A stretch of 32,000 nucleotides of DNA from Candidatus Saccharimonadota bacterium (GTDB lineage Bacteria > Patescibacteriota > Patescibacteriia > 2-12-FULL-60-25): positions 450,001-482,000 of the forward strand of contig CP064964.1 in NCBI GenBank assembly GCA_016699205.1, written 5' to 3'. Below the pieces are notes generated by a model. The model was not told the DNA's origin, did no database searches, and was given only the letters and a program-made list of their open reading frames with translations. Shown here one piece after another: positions 24,307-31,894 of this stretch. The position numbers and the translations under genes were made by a program. Every line of letters begins with the position of its first letter. Within the stretch, counting starts at the first letter, position 1.

Positions 24307-24920
24307 ACGCGGCGAATACGCATCAAGTACACACAACCGACGATCATGAGAAGGATCGCGAGCAAGAACCAGACTTGGCGTGTCGAGAAATACGCCTGGA
24401 ACACAAAGCCAGTCAGATACGTTCCGAGAATACTTCCAGCCGAGTTCCAAGCGCCGAGCATACCGTAGACGCGGCCGGTGCGATCAAGGGAGTCGAGGCC
24501 GACGCGGACGGCGGCAGGAGTGATCGAGGCGGAAATGGCGGCCGGAGGAAAGAAGACGGAGACGCAAAAGATGAGCGTGAGTAACGGAAGCGGCAGCGTT
24601 GAAGCGGAAAGAATCGGTCCGATGGTGAAAGCGATGAGGTAGGCCAGGGCTGCAAATAGACCGCTGAATGCAAGCAGCCATCCAAGGAGACGAGCGTGGT
24701 GGAAACGATCGGCCAGATATCCGCCGAGACGGGATCCGGCAACAATACCGAGAAGCACGGCAGCGATCACAGCTGTCCAAGTCTGTAGCGAAGAACCGAG
24801 GAAGGGCGAGACAAGACGAGCGGCCATGATCTCAAAGGCCATCATCGTAAAACCTCCCAGAAATACAAACGCCCCGAGAATCATCGGGGAGTTTGGTGAA
24901 AATCGGGAGGACGTGGCCAT
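24303..24920 (-). CDS. Membrane-only paralog of the N-terminal module of the downstream spermidine synthase-like protein
   Basis: In this 205-aa protein, FEIMAARLVSPFLGSSLQTWTAVIAAVLLGIVAGSRLGGYLADR aligns with LFGRALAPYLGTSVFTWTSVIGATLIGLTFGQAAGGYLADR of the next gene. Confidence 0.7.
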   Translation of the reverse strand: MATSSRFSPNSPMILGAFVFLGGFTMMAFEIMAARLVSPFLGSSLQTWTAVIAAVLLGIVAGSRLGGYLADRFHHARLLGWLLAFSGLFAALAYLIAFTIGPILSASTLPLPLLTLIFCVSVFFPPAAISASITPAAVRVGLDSLDRTGRVYGMLGAWNSAGSILGTYLTGFVFQAYFSTRQVWFLLAILLMIVGCVYLMRIRRV

Positions 24921-24934
24921 GGCAACAGTCTACC

Positions 24935-25090
24935 TTATTTGGTCTCCTTGTGCGGAGAACGTCCTTTGCAGGTTTTACAAAATTTGGCGATCTCAAGGCG
25001 GGCCTTGATCGTCTTTTTGTTCTTGCTCGAGTGGTAGTTGACCTTACGGCACTGGGTGCACTCGAGTTTAATGAGGTTGTCTTGAGACAT
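24935..25090 (-). CDS. rpmG: 50S ribosomal protein L33
   Basis: This 51-aa ORF is missing from the track because it is under 60 aa. My manual translation is MSQDNLIKLECTQCRKVNYHSSKNKKTIKARLEIAKFCKTCKGRSPHKETK, with a CxxC...CxxC zinc ribbon. Confidence 0.85.
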   Translation of the reverse strand: MSQDNLIKLECTQCRKVNYHSSKNKKTIKARLEIAKFCKTCKGRSPHKETK

Positions 25091-25105
25091 AGGTAGGTAG
25101 TGGTT

Positions 25106-25160
25106 AGTTTTCAGTGGTCAGGGGTCAGGGCTGAAAACTCACAACTGACAACTGAAAACT
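25106..25160. repeat. Short tandem heptamers and inverted 9-mers in the tRNA-Thr/rpmG spacer
   Basis: GGTCAGG occurs twice in tandem (25116-25129) and ACAACTG occurs twice in tandem (25141-25154). AGTTTTCAG (25106-25114) is the inverted copy of CTGAAAACT (25131-25139 and 25152-25160). Confidence 0.7.
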
Positions 25161-25166
25161 GTTTTA

Positions 25167-25242
25167 TGGAGCCGCCTCGCGGATTTGAACCGCGGACCTT
25201 CACTTTACAAAAGTGTTGCTCTACCAGCTGAGCTAAGGCGGC
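25167..25242 (-). tRNA. tRNA-Thr (anticodon UGU), CCA encoded
   Basis: The reverse complement is GCCGCCT-TA-GCTC-AGCTGGTA-GAGC-A-ACACT-TTTGTAA-AGTGA-AGGTC-CGCGG-TTCAAAT-CCGCG-AGGCGGC-T-CCA. Confidence 0.88.
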
Positions 25243-25270
25243 GCGGGCGCGGGTGGAACGAACGGGCCTG

Positions 25271-25299
25271 AATATGCCATACGCCTTCAAAAAAGGCAA
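25271..25299 (-). promoter_or_regulatory. Candidate tRNA-Thr/rpmG operon promoter abutting the cassette 5 terminator
   Basis: The minus strand reads TTGCCT (25299-25294), 17 nt, CATATT (25276-25271), then cagg-CCCGTTCGTTC. Confidence 0.35.
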
Positions 25300-25323
25300 G
25301 CCCCGCACAGAGAGGTGCGGGGC
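25289..25323 (-). terminator. Terminator of orphan cassette 5
   Basis: The hairpin is gccccgcac (25300-25308) / gtgcggggc (25315-25323). On the minus strand it is followed by ttgccTTTTTT. Confidence 0.75.
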
Positions 25324-25359
25324 TGTTCTCAGGAAGGGAGGTTTGGCCGTGGTTATTGG

Positions 25360-25917
25360 CTAACCAGTAACCACATAGAGCGTTCTTTTTGCGCAGAGCC
25401 CGGCCGGCATGAATCCGTTCTCGTAGAGCATGAGCACAGACTCGATCTCGCGATAGTCGGCTTCACGATCCGTATTTTTGAAACACGTACCGTAGAAAAG
25501 AAGGAGGCGCACGCACTCTGAAAGCGTGCTCTTCAGCGTAATCAACGCGGGAGCAAACACAAGCGTGTCCCACAGAGCCTGCGTATGAGCTCCTTGATAC
25601 AAGCCCATGATCGAGCATCGAAGCAGCGCACTGTCGCCCGACAAGGACGTATCGAGACGCCTCGAGAAATGCTCGTGAAGAAGGCAGTCCATGCCGACCC
25701 ACTGTTTTTGCGCGAGCCCAACAGCGTCCGCATGACGCACGAACTCGATTCGGGACGGGTTCAGCCATGCAAAGGCTGTCATCGTGTTTTCGGCGAGCAC
25801 TTCTGCATCGCCTGGTGCGAGAAGATGCGGCACCCAATCACTCCATCGCTCCAATGGAAGAAGTGCCGGTACCATCGCGCCCGCGCGCGCTTGTCTCGAT
25901 TGCGAGAACGTCTCCAT
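25360..25917 (-). CDS. Orphan cassette 5: 185-aa hypothetical protein
   Basis: The ORF is intact and has its own terminator. GC3 is only moderately elevated. I recognise no family and the SD is weak. Confidence 0.55.
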   Translation of the reverse strand: METFSQSRQARAGAMVPALLPLERWSDWVPHLLAPGDAEVLAENTMTAFAWLNPSRIEFVRHADAVGLAQKQWVGMDCLLHEHFSRRLDTSLSGDSALLRCSIMGLYQGAHTQALWDTLVFAPALITLKSTLSECVRLLLFYGTCFKNTDREADYREIESVLMLYENGFMPAGLCAKRTLYVVTG

Positions 25918-25942
25918 GTTTACCCCACATCACGTGCCGATG

Positions 25943-25971
25943 TTGATACAAAAAGAGCGACATCTATCGAA
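25943..25971 (-). promoter_or_regulatory. Weak candidate promoter of cassette 5
   Basis: The minus strand reads TTCGAT, 17 nt, TATCAA. It does not carry the TTGACAAAAC box of the other cassettes. Confidence 0.3.
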
Positions 25972-26060
25972 TCGTATTTTCTTCATATTGTCCAGACTCT
26001 CCAAATCAGAAAATGTGGGTAACTGGACGGAATGAACCGATCCAGCGATGATATCTCCAT

Positions 26061-26654
26061 ATGCAACGCATGCTTTGGGCCGTGGTCGGTGTTCTCGTCG
26101 CCTTGTTGGGCGGCATTCTGCTTGGACGATTCGCTTTCTCTCCGGGAAGCGGGATGCAGACGGTCGTGAACAGCCAAGCGATTCTGACTGCGCTGCGCGA
26201 TCAAGGATTTTTAGTCACGCAGACGTATGTATTTGATCAGCCGGTGACCATCAAGAAGACAACCGGCAGCGCTTTCAAAGATTTCTTTGTTGGGCAGACG
26301 ATCGAGGCGCGCGGGAGCATGGAGGCAAATCTTGGAATCGACCTTGCAAAACTTTCCGAGAGCGATGTGAAAGTCGATGGAAACAAGGTGACGATTCGAG
26401 CGACGGGACCGAATGTGTTTAATACGCGTTTGATCGGACCGATTGAAGTCAGAAATACGCAGGGACTTTTGAAACGTGTGCTGGAACCGGATGATGGATA
26501 TAATCAGGCGCTCGCGGAGCTCGAGCGGGCCGCGAATGAGGCGGCGACGAGAGCAGAGATTACGGCGAGAGCTAAAACGACGTCGGAAACGGAGCTTGGG
26601 AGACTGGTGAGATTGATTGCGAGGGATGCGGAAGTGACCGTTGAATGGAAATAA
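26061..26654 (+). CDS. DUF4230-domain protein (N-terminal TM anchor)
   Basis: An N-terminal helix is followed by LRDQGFLVTQTYVFDQPVTI...FFVGQTIEARGSMEANLGIDLAKL, which is typical of DUF4230. Confidence 0.7.
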   Translation: MQRMLWAVVGVLVALLGGILLGRFAFSPGSGMQTVVNSQAILTALRDQGFLVTQTYVFDQPVTIKKTTGSAFKDFFVGQTIEARGSMEANLGIDLAKLSESDVKVDGNKVTIRATGPNVFNTRLIGPIEVRNTQGLLKRVLEPDDGYNQALAELERAANEAATRAEITARAKTTSETELGRLVRLIARDAEVTVEWK

Positions 26655-26661
26655 TCCAATA

Positions 26662-26690
26662 TTGACTTTTTACCTAAAATCCGGTATACT
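26662..26690 (+). promoter_or_regulatory. Near-consensus promoter, nearly leaderless, for the coiled-coil gene
   Basis: The sequence is TTGACT (26662-26667), 17 nt, TATACT (26685-26690), 8 nt (aaatcgtt), then ATG at 26699. Confidence 0.6.
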
Positions 26691-26698
26691 AAATCGTT

Positions 26699-27217
26699 AT
26701 GAATAACCCTGAATCTGCACACAGTTACGACGACGTTTCCAGTGCGGAGCGCGTCTCGCTTGATGCAAAACTCAAGAAAAATAATGTGGTCGCTTTTGAT
26801 GCCAAGGAAATCCAGCGACGGATCGAGCGCATGCAAGCCCTGGAGACCAAGATCGTTCCGGATCAAACCAATATTCTGGTTGGACTCAGACGTGAATTAG
26901 AAACCCTGAACAAAGAGTATCTTAGCCTGAAGGAAGTCGTGGACATGGGTATGGCTAAGTTTTCCGACCTGCAGCGACTTGAAGCTGTACAAGGAGAACT
27001 GCAGACCTTGCAATCTGAAGTCGTAGAAGCCGAGGGGATCCGCGCGGAATTGCGTCGGGAATTGGCTTTATTGAATCCTGATGAATACGGCGATCTCTAT
27101 CAGCTTGAACGGGCGCAAGCCGAGGCCTCCAAAAACGCACTCAATAACGCCGTCGCTGCAATGGATGAATCGATGCTCGATGAGATCCACCAGCAAATCA
27201 AAAAGAAGAAAAACTAG
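26699..27217 (+). CDS. Coiled-coil hypothetical protein (172 aa)
   Basis: The sequence is heptad-rich (LRRELETLNKEYLSLKEVV, LQTLQSEVVEAEGIRAELRRELALL). Codon usage is host-like, AT-richer. Confidence 0.6.
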   Translation: MNNPESAHSYDDVSSAERVSLDAKLKKNNVVAFDAKEIQRRIERMQALETKIVPDQTNILVGLRRELETLNKEYLSLKEVVDMGMAKFSDLQRLEAVQGELQTLQSEVVEAEGIRAELRRELALLNPDEYGDLYQLERAQAEASKNALNNAVAAMDESMLDEIHQQIKKKKN

Positions 27218-27227
27218 TGAAACGTGA

Positions 27228-27259
27228 GAACGCCCCGATCCGTGTGGATCGGGGCGTTT
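27228..27259. terminator. Shared bidirectional terminator (coiled-coil gene / cassette 6)
   Basis: The sequence is gaacgccccgatc-cgtgtg-gatcggggcgttt. Confidence 0.75.
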
Positions 27260-27264
27260 CTGTA

Positions 27265-27861
27265 TCAGGAGAATGGACCGAGAACTCGGCCCCACCACTT
27301 GCGGGGCGAGAGGCCTCGCACCGCGAGTAGCGTCTGCGGGCGGAAGCTCGGAGGCAGAAGCGTGGCAAACGGGATGCGCTTGTCCGCCTGCTCGTCCATG
27401 ATCGCGATGAGCGGGAGGACTCGGCTTCCATAGCCGCGGCGGCGGAGGAGGATGGCCACGCTCTCGAGGATCTCGCGCGCGAGCGCGAGGAGGATGAGGT
27501 CGTTGATCGGCCACTTGCGAGCTTCGAGGACGTCGAGCTCGGTGACGAGGCTCAGGGCCTCGAGCTCGGCGAGATGGGCGACTTCCTTCATGTCCTCCGG
27601 CGTCTGCGCCATGAGCCATGCTTGCGTGCGCTTCTCGAACTCCTTGTCGTAGTTGCTTTCGACGAAGGCTTCGAGCTCTGCATTGGTCACGGGCAGGAAG
27701 CGGTTGGTGACAAGACCCATCGCCGCAAAGCGGTTGTAGATCTTGTCGCTCTTACCGAGCTCCTCGTACTGGGCCTTGAGCCAGGACGGGATGGTCCAAG
27801 GACCAATGAGCTCGTCGAGGCGGGGCAGTGCGTAGGAAGGGGGTAGGATTTCCGTCATCAT
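27265..27861 (-). CDS. Orphan cassette 6: 198-aa hypothetical protein, strongly GC3-rich
   Basis: GGAGA lies 6 nt upstream of ATGATG. Codons are almost all G/C-ending (CTC, GAG, AAG, GCC). I recognise no family. Confidence 0.7.
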   Translation of the reverse strand: MMTEILPPSYALPRLDELIGPWTIPSWLKAQYEELGKSDKIYNRFAAMGLVTNRFLPVTNAELEAFVESNYDKEFEKRTQAWLMAQTPEDMKEVAHLAELEALSLVTELDVLEARKWPINDLILLALAREILESVAILLRRRGYGSRVLPLIAIMDEQADKRIPFATLLPPSFRPQTLLAVRGLSPRKWWGRVLGPFS

Positions 27862-27894
27862 CGCCTATCTCCGGGTTGAAGGAGCGAACGGCTT

Positions 27895-27923
27895 ATCTAA
27901 CCAAAAAAACGCGGTTTTGTCAA
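27895..27923 (-). promoter_or_regulatory. Promoter of orphan cassette 6
   Basis: The minus strand reads TTGACAAAACCGCGTTTTTTTGGTTAGAT followed by AAGC-CGTTC. The first 13 nt are identical to the cassette 3 promoter. Confidence 0.6.
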
Positions 27924-27945
27924 CCCACTGACCAGGGGGTAGCAT
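27917..27945 (+). promoter_or_regulatory. Candidate leaderless promoter of the RecD-like helicase, with -35 overlapping the cassette 6 -35
   Basis: The sequence is TTGTCA (27917-27922), 17 nt, TAGCAT (27940-27945), 7 nt, then ATG at 27953. Confidence 0.5.
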
Positions 27946-27952
27946 CTCTCGC

Positions 27953-29140
27953 ATGCCGGACTTTTCCTTATCTTCTGACCAAGCCCAGGCCCTGGAGCGA
28001 TTACTTGCTTGGATCAAAAAACCCGTAGGTCCTGCCATCACGCTTGGAGGCTATGCCGGAACCGGTAAAACGACCGTGGCGGCCGCTTTGCGTGCCATCT
28101 TAGCCAATAAGAATGCCGGCCATACAATCGCGTTTTGCGCCTTTACGGGCAAGGCAAGCCAGGTACTGCGAAACACCTTGGAATTACATGGAGCGATCCG
28201 CGAGGGTGATACCTGCGGCACGATTCACTCGCTCCTCTACTCTCCCATGGTCGATAAGAAAGGGAATATTACAGGCTGGCAGCGGACCAAAGAAGTCGAG
28301 GCGGATTTGATCGTGGTGGATGAGGCATCGATGGTGAATCAACGCTTGTGGCTCGATCTCCTTGGGACGGGCCGTCCTGTCATCGCTATTGGCGATCATG
28401 GACAGCTACCGCCGATTGAAGGGAGTTTTAATTTGATGGAAAAGCCGGACATGACGCTTGAGCGCGTGCATCGACAGGCGGAGGGAAATCCGATCATTCA
28501 GCTCGCACATGAAGTGAGATACACGGGAAAAATTGATGCGGGATCGTATGGAAAAGGCGTGCATAAATACTCGTGGGCCAAGGATGAGCCTTCCGATATG
28601 CAGACCGTGATCGACGAGCTGATGGATGAGGCGTCGGATGATCGACTTTTGCTCTGCGGCCGCAACAAAACACGCATCGAATTGAATCGAACCATTCGGC
28701 GAAAGCTGGGGCGCGAGTCGGATGAGCCGGAAGCTGGCGACCGCGTCGTGTGCTTGAAGAATGATTACAATCAAAGCGAGCCGATCTACAACGGCATGAC
28801 TGGCTACGTGGAATCGTGCGAACCGGATGGCGCACACTGGTATCAAATGAGCATCGACTTTGCAGAAGATGGCCGACGTTTTGATGGACGCGTATCAAAA
28901 CACGGATTTATGTCGGAGAAAGGCGCGGAAACGGTGGAGGGATTGGGTCCGAAAGAAATCGGAGCGCGTTTTGATTTTGGTTATGCACTTACGGTGCACA
29001 AAGCGCAGGGCTCGCAGGCCAAGCGCGTTGTGCTTTTTGAAGAACGCTTCCAGAAAATGGATGATGAACAATGGAAGCGCTGGCTGTATACGGCGATTAC
29101 GCGAGCGCGCGAGGAATTGATCGTGATTGGGAACGACTAG
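27953..29140 (+). CDS. Small RecD/Dda-like SF1 DNA helicase (AAA_30 + UvrD_C_2 type)
   Basis: Motifs present are GGYAGTGKTT (Walker A), LIVVDEASMV (Walker B), AIGDHGQLPPI, YALTVHKAQGSQAKRVVL and YTAITRAREEL. Confidence 0.85.
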   Translation: MPDFSLSSDQAQALERLLAWIKKPVGPAITLGGYAGTGKTTVAAALRAILANKNAGHTIAFCAFTGKASQVLRNTLELHGAIREGDTCGTIHSLLYSPMVDKKGNITGWQRTKEVEADLIVVDEASMVNQRLWLDLLGTGRPVIAIGDHGQLPPIEGSFNLMEKPDMTLERVHRQAEGNPIIQLAHEVRYTGKIDAGSYGKGVHKYSWAKDEPSDMQTVIDELMDEASDDRLLLCGRNKTRIELNRTIRRKLGRESDEPEAGDRVVCLKNDYNQSEPIYNGMTGYVESCEPDGAHWYQMSIDFAEDGRRFDGRVSKHGFMSEKGAETVEGLGPKEIGARFDFGYALTVHKAQGSQAKRVVLFEERFQKMDDEQWKRWLYTAITRAREELIVIGND

Positions 29141-29554
29141 TTACTTTTTAGCGAGGTCAATCGACGTGGAGTTGATACAGAAGCGTTTGCCGCCATGTTC
29201 GGATGGGCCGTCGTCGAAGATATGACCGAGGTGGGAGCCGCAGCGTGCGCAGGTTACCTCGATGCGCTGCATGCCGAGTGTTGAGTCGTCGTGGAATTTG
29301 ACGCGGTCGCCGCCGGCGGCTGCGAAGAAGGCCGGCCAGCCGCAGCCGGAATCGTATTTAGCCTTGGAATCGAAGAGCTCGGCCCCGCAAGCGGCGCACT
29401 TGTACGTGCCGTCGCCAAATTCATGATCGTATTTATTGGCAAAAGGACGGTCTGTCCCCTTTTCCCGGAGCACGTGATACTCCTCGGGCGTCAGAATTTT
29501 CTTCCACTCTTCTTCCGTCTTTGGAAGATCCTTGTCGTCTTTAATGATAGGCAT
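29141..29554 (-). CDS. msrB: Peptide-methionine (R)-S-oxide reductase
   Basis: ORF 29141-29617 is trimmed to MPIIKDD at 29554, because the upstream gene ends at 29556. The motifs are YKCAACGAELF, GCGWPAF and RIEVTCARCGSHLGHIFDDGP. Confidence 0.9.
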   Translation of the reverse strand: MPIIKDDKDLPKTEEEWKKILTPEEYHVLREKGTDRPFANKYDHEFGDGTYKCAACGAELFDSKAKYDSGCGWPAFFAAAGGDRVKFHDDSTLGMQRIEVTCARCGSHLGHIFDDGPSEHGGKRFCINSTSIDLAKK

Positions 29555-29555
29555 A

Positions 29556-30035
29556 TTAGAACGTAACGGGAATCTCAAATGAGTCAGAATTTTCTTCCAA
29601 GCCGGATGGGTTGTCATTCATCATGATAATAGTGCCACGGCTTCCGGCTGGCTGTTCCGGGAACGTGAATTGAACTTCAAACGGGACCCATTCTTCCGTC
29701 ATCCAATCGGACTTGGCTTGAGCAGGACCGAGTCCGAGCATGCGGTCAGCAGAGTCGCGGAGCTCGACCGGGAAAACAGCTTCAAAATACCAGAGACGGG
29801 CTTCGCCGGTGATTTTGAGCGGGTCGGAAAGCTTGCCGCCGGAGCTATCGACCTTGATGTTGCGCAGGCTGTCTGTTTTTCCTTTTTTGGTGGTGACGGT
29901 TTTGAATTCCAAAACGGTTGAGCCCGCGGGCTGGGTAATCGTTGTTGGTTCTGGCTGAGTATTTGGCATGCAACCGCCGCCAAGCAAGGCAGCAGCGACA
30001 CCAAAGGCCGCGAGAAAGCGAGGTGAAGACTTCAT
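29556..30035 (-). CDS. Gmad2 Ig-like domain lipoprotein
   Basis: The lipobox is LLGGGC. LKITGEARLWYFEAVFPVELRD...VPFEVQFTF...GTIIMMNDNPSG resembles the Gmad2 Ig-like domain, as in 2901-3968. Confidence 0.65.
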   Translation of the reverse strand: MKSSPRFLAAFGVAAALLGGGCMPNTQPEPTTITQPAGSTVLEFKTVTTKKGKTDSLRNIKVDSSGGKLSDPLKITGEARLWYFEAVFPVELRDSADRMLGLGPAQAKSDWMTEEWVPFEVQFTFPEQPAGSRGTIIMMNDNPSGLEENSDSFEIPVTF

Positions 30036-30038
30036 AGA

Positions 30039-30809
30039 TTATTTCTGAGCCATTCTTATTAACTTTCCTTTACGCTTAACGATGTTCTTGTAGTCCCACT
30101 GAATGTCTTTGGCTTTTTTCAACCAGCGAGCCAAGTCGTTTGCTCGAATCTTGTCTGCGGACGCGTAGGTCACGGATGCGTCTTTGAATTTGCCGGTTCC
30201 GGGGATGAGTTCTTTGACGCCAAACGAGGCGCCGCTCCAAAACATTAATCGGACACCGTCCTTTAGCTTGGAATATCCGACGATTGGATTGCCGTCCAAG
30301 AACCAAACAGGATGCGCGTGCCAGATTTTACGCTCGGCCTTGGATAAGCCTCGGTCGATTTCTTTGGCGAGCTTGTCGCAGATCAATTTATCTCCCTTGG
30401 ACTGGCGATTGTTGTAGGCGAGAATTTCTTTGGGAATTCCGGTCTGCTTAGGTTGATTTCCTACTGCATTAAACTTCACCATTTTCTCGATGAGCGCCAA
30501 CGGGATTGGTTGATCGATCGGGAACTGTACGGAACCTTTCCCCTGCTTGTATTTAGCGAGCTCTTTTTTGAAAGCCGTATGCGCGTTTGGCGTCGCGTAA
30601 AATCCGATGTGATGCTCGAATACCGCAAAATACGCGAGCGGCTTTCCATTCAGCTTGTAGGCGGGCATGCCGTAAGCGATGCCTTCTACTGCTTCCGGAG
30701 AAGCTTTGCGTACGGTTGCTTGAATTTGTTTCAAGGTTTTTTGAACAGCCTTTGGAGCCGAGGCGATGTAGCTGGCAACGTCTTTGAATTTGTTGGCGCT
30801 TGAATTCAT
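30039..30809 (-). CDS. Tandem DUF1801 (YdhG-like) domain protein
   Basis: VASYIASAPKAVQKTLKQIQATVRKASPEAVEGIAYGMPAYKLNGKPLAYFAVFEHHIGFY is a typical DUF1801 segment. A second related half is present. Confidence 0.7.
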   Translation of the reverse strand: MNSSANKFKDVASYIASAPKAVQKTLKQIQATVRKASPEAVEGIAYGMPAYKLNGKPLAYFAVFEHHIGFYATPNAHTAFKKELAKYKQGKGSVQFPIDQPIPLALIEKMVKFNAVGNQPKQTGIPKEILAYNNRQSKGDKLICDKLAKEIDRGLSKAERKIWHAHPVWFLDGNPIVGYSKLKDGVRLMFWSGASFGVKELIPGTGKFKDASVTYASADKIRANDLARWLKKAKDIQWDYKNIVKRKGKLIRMAQK

Positions 30810-30817
30810 ATTTTTGA

Positions 30818-31750
30818 TTACATCTTTCCCTCGTAAGCTGCTTGGAGCTTGGCGATGTCGAATTTTTTCATCTTCATAAAAGCCGCCGTGACACGCTTCA
30901 CTTTTTCTTGATCAGGATCAGTCATATAGTCGACGAGAACGTGCGGCGCGACCTGCCACGATACCCCGTATTTATCCTTGAGCCAGCCACACATGCTTTC
31001 CTCGCCCTCTTCCGTGAGCTTGTTCCAGAAATAATCGACCTCGGCTTGGTCAGCGCAATCAATAGAAAGCGAGACGCCTTCATTGAAGGAAAAATCATGC
31101 ATTCGTGCGCTGTCCATGGCGACAAGCCACTCCCCGGAAAGAGATGCCTCTGCGAACATGGCGGTACCAGCCTTATCCGGTTCCATGCCGGCTGGATAGT
31201 GCGCGACCGTTCCCATACGCGAGTTCTTGAAAAGTGAAGCGTAGAAGTTAAGCGCTTCCTCGGCTTTGCCGCAGACATCGCCAACAAACAACATCGACGG
31301 AATAATGTTAGGGCGCGGTTCGCCTTCCGGATTTGTCAGGATGAGCTGCCAAGAAACGCCAAAGCGGTCTTGAATCCAACCGTAGCGCTTAGAGAAAGGA
31401 TATTCTCCGATCGGCATCAGTGCGCTGCCACCTTCTGAAAGTTTGGCCCAAAGATCGTCGAGATGGGCTGCGGCATCCGCGTCACGCGACGGATCAAAGT
31501 TCACCATGAAATTGATGGATGGGTTGATTTTGAACAACGGACCACCGTCGAGCGCCTGGAAGGCAAGGCCGTTCAGTTCAAAAACTGCCGTCAGGACTTT
31601 GCCAGCCATATCGGTCATCGGGCCGACCTGCATATCGCTTGGGTAGCGCAGAATCGATGAAATCTTGGAATTTGGAAAGACGCTCGTATAAAAATTGATC
31701 GCTTCTTCGCAGTTCTTATCAAACCAGAGGCAGGGGGTGATTTTTTGCAT
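30818..31750 (-). CDS. Two-domain PhnB-like / VOC-superfamily protein (3-demethylubiquinone-9 3-methyltransferase-like domain x2)
   Basis: ORF 30818-31921 is trimmed to MQKITPCLWF at 31750, because the extension would read through tRNA-Tyr and a terminator. The halves repeat (ITPCLWFDKNCEEAINFYTSVF and IIPSMLFVGDVCGKAEEALNFYASLF; YGWIQDRFGVSWQL and CGWLKDKYGVSWQV). Confidence 0.8.
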   Translation of the reverse strand: MQKITPCLWFDKNCEEAINFYTSVFPNSKISSILRYPSDMQVGPMTDMAGKVLTAVFELNGLAFQALDGGPLFKINPSINFMVNFDPSRDADAAAHLDDLWAKLSEGGSALMPIGEYPFSKRYGWIQDRFGVSWQLILTNPEGEPRPNIIPSMLFVGDVCGKAEEALNFYASLFKNSRMGTVAHYPAGMEPDKAGTAMFAEASLSGEWLVAMDSARMHDFSFNEGVSLSIDCADQAEVDYFWNKLTEEGEESMCGWLKDKYGVSWQVAPHVLVDYMTDPDQEKVKRVTAAFMKMKKFDIAKLQAAYEGKM

Positions 31751-31770
31751 ATCGATATTGATTCTAATGG

Positions 31771-31801
31771 AAAACCCCGTCTGAAGACAGACGGGGTTTT
31801 T
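31771..31801 (-). terminator. Terminator after tRNA-Tyr
   Basis: The sequence is aaaaccccgtctg-aaga-cagacggggttttt. Confidence 0.8.
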
Positions 31802-31804
31802 CCG

Positions 31805-31891
31805 TGGTGGGTGGGGAAGGATTCGAACCTTCGAAGGCGCAAGGCCAGCAGATTTACAGTCTGCCCCCGTTGACCGCTTGGGTACCCACCC
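31805..31891 (-). tRNA. tRNA-Tyr (anticodon GUA), long variable arm, CCA encoded
   Basis: The reverse complement is GGGTGGG-TA-CCC-AAGCGGTCAAC-GGG-G-GCAGA-CTGTAAA-TCTGC-(15-nt variable arm)-GAAGG-TTCGAAT-CCTTC-CCCACCC-A-CCA. Confidence 0.9.
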
Positions 31892-31894
31892 GCG

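Noticed and set aside
27068-27619. A 183-aa minus-strand ORF and other small ORFs (27198-27431, 27224-27433, 27452-27652, 27574-27846) inside cassette 6.
   Set aside because: They are alternative frames or antisense readings of a GC3-rich gene, with Arg/Pro-rich translations. One crosses the shared terminator at 27228-27259.
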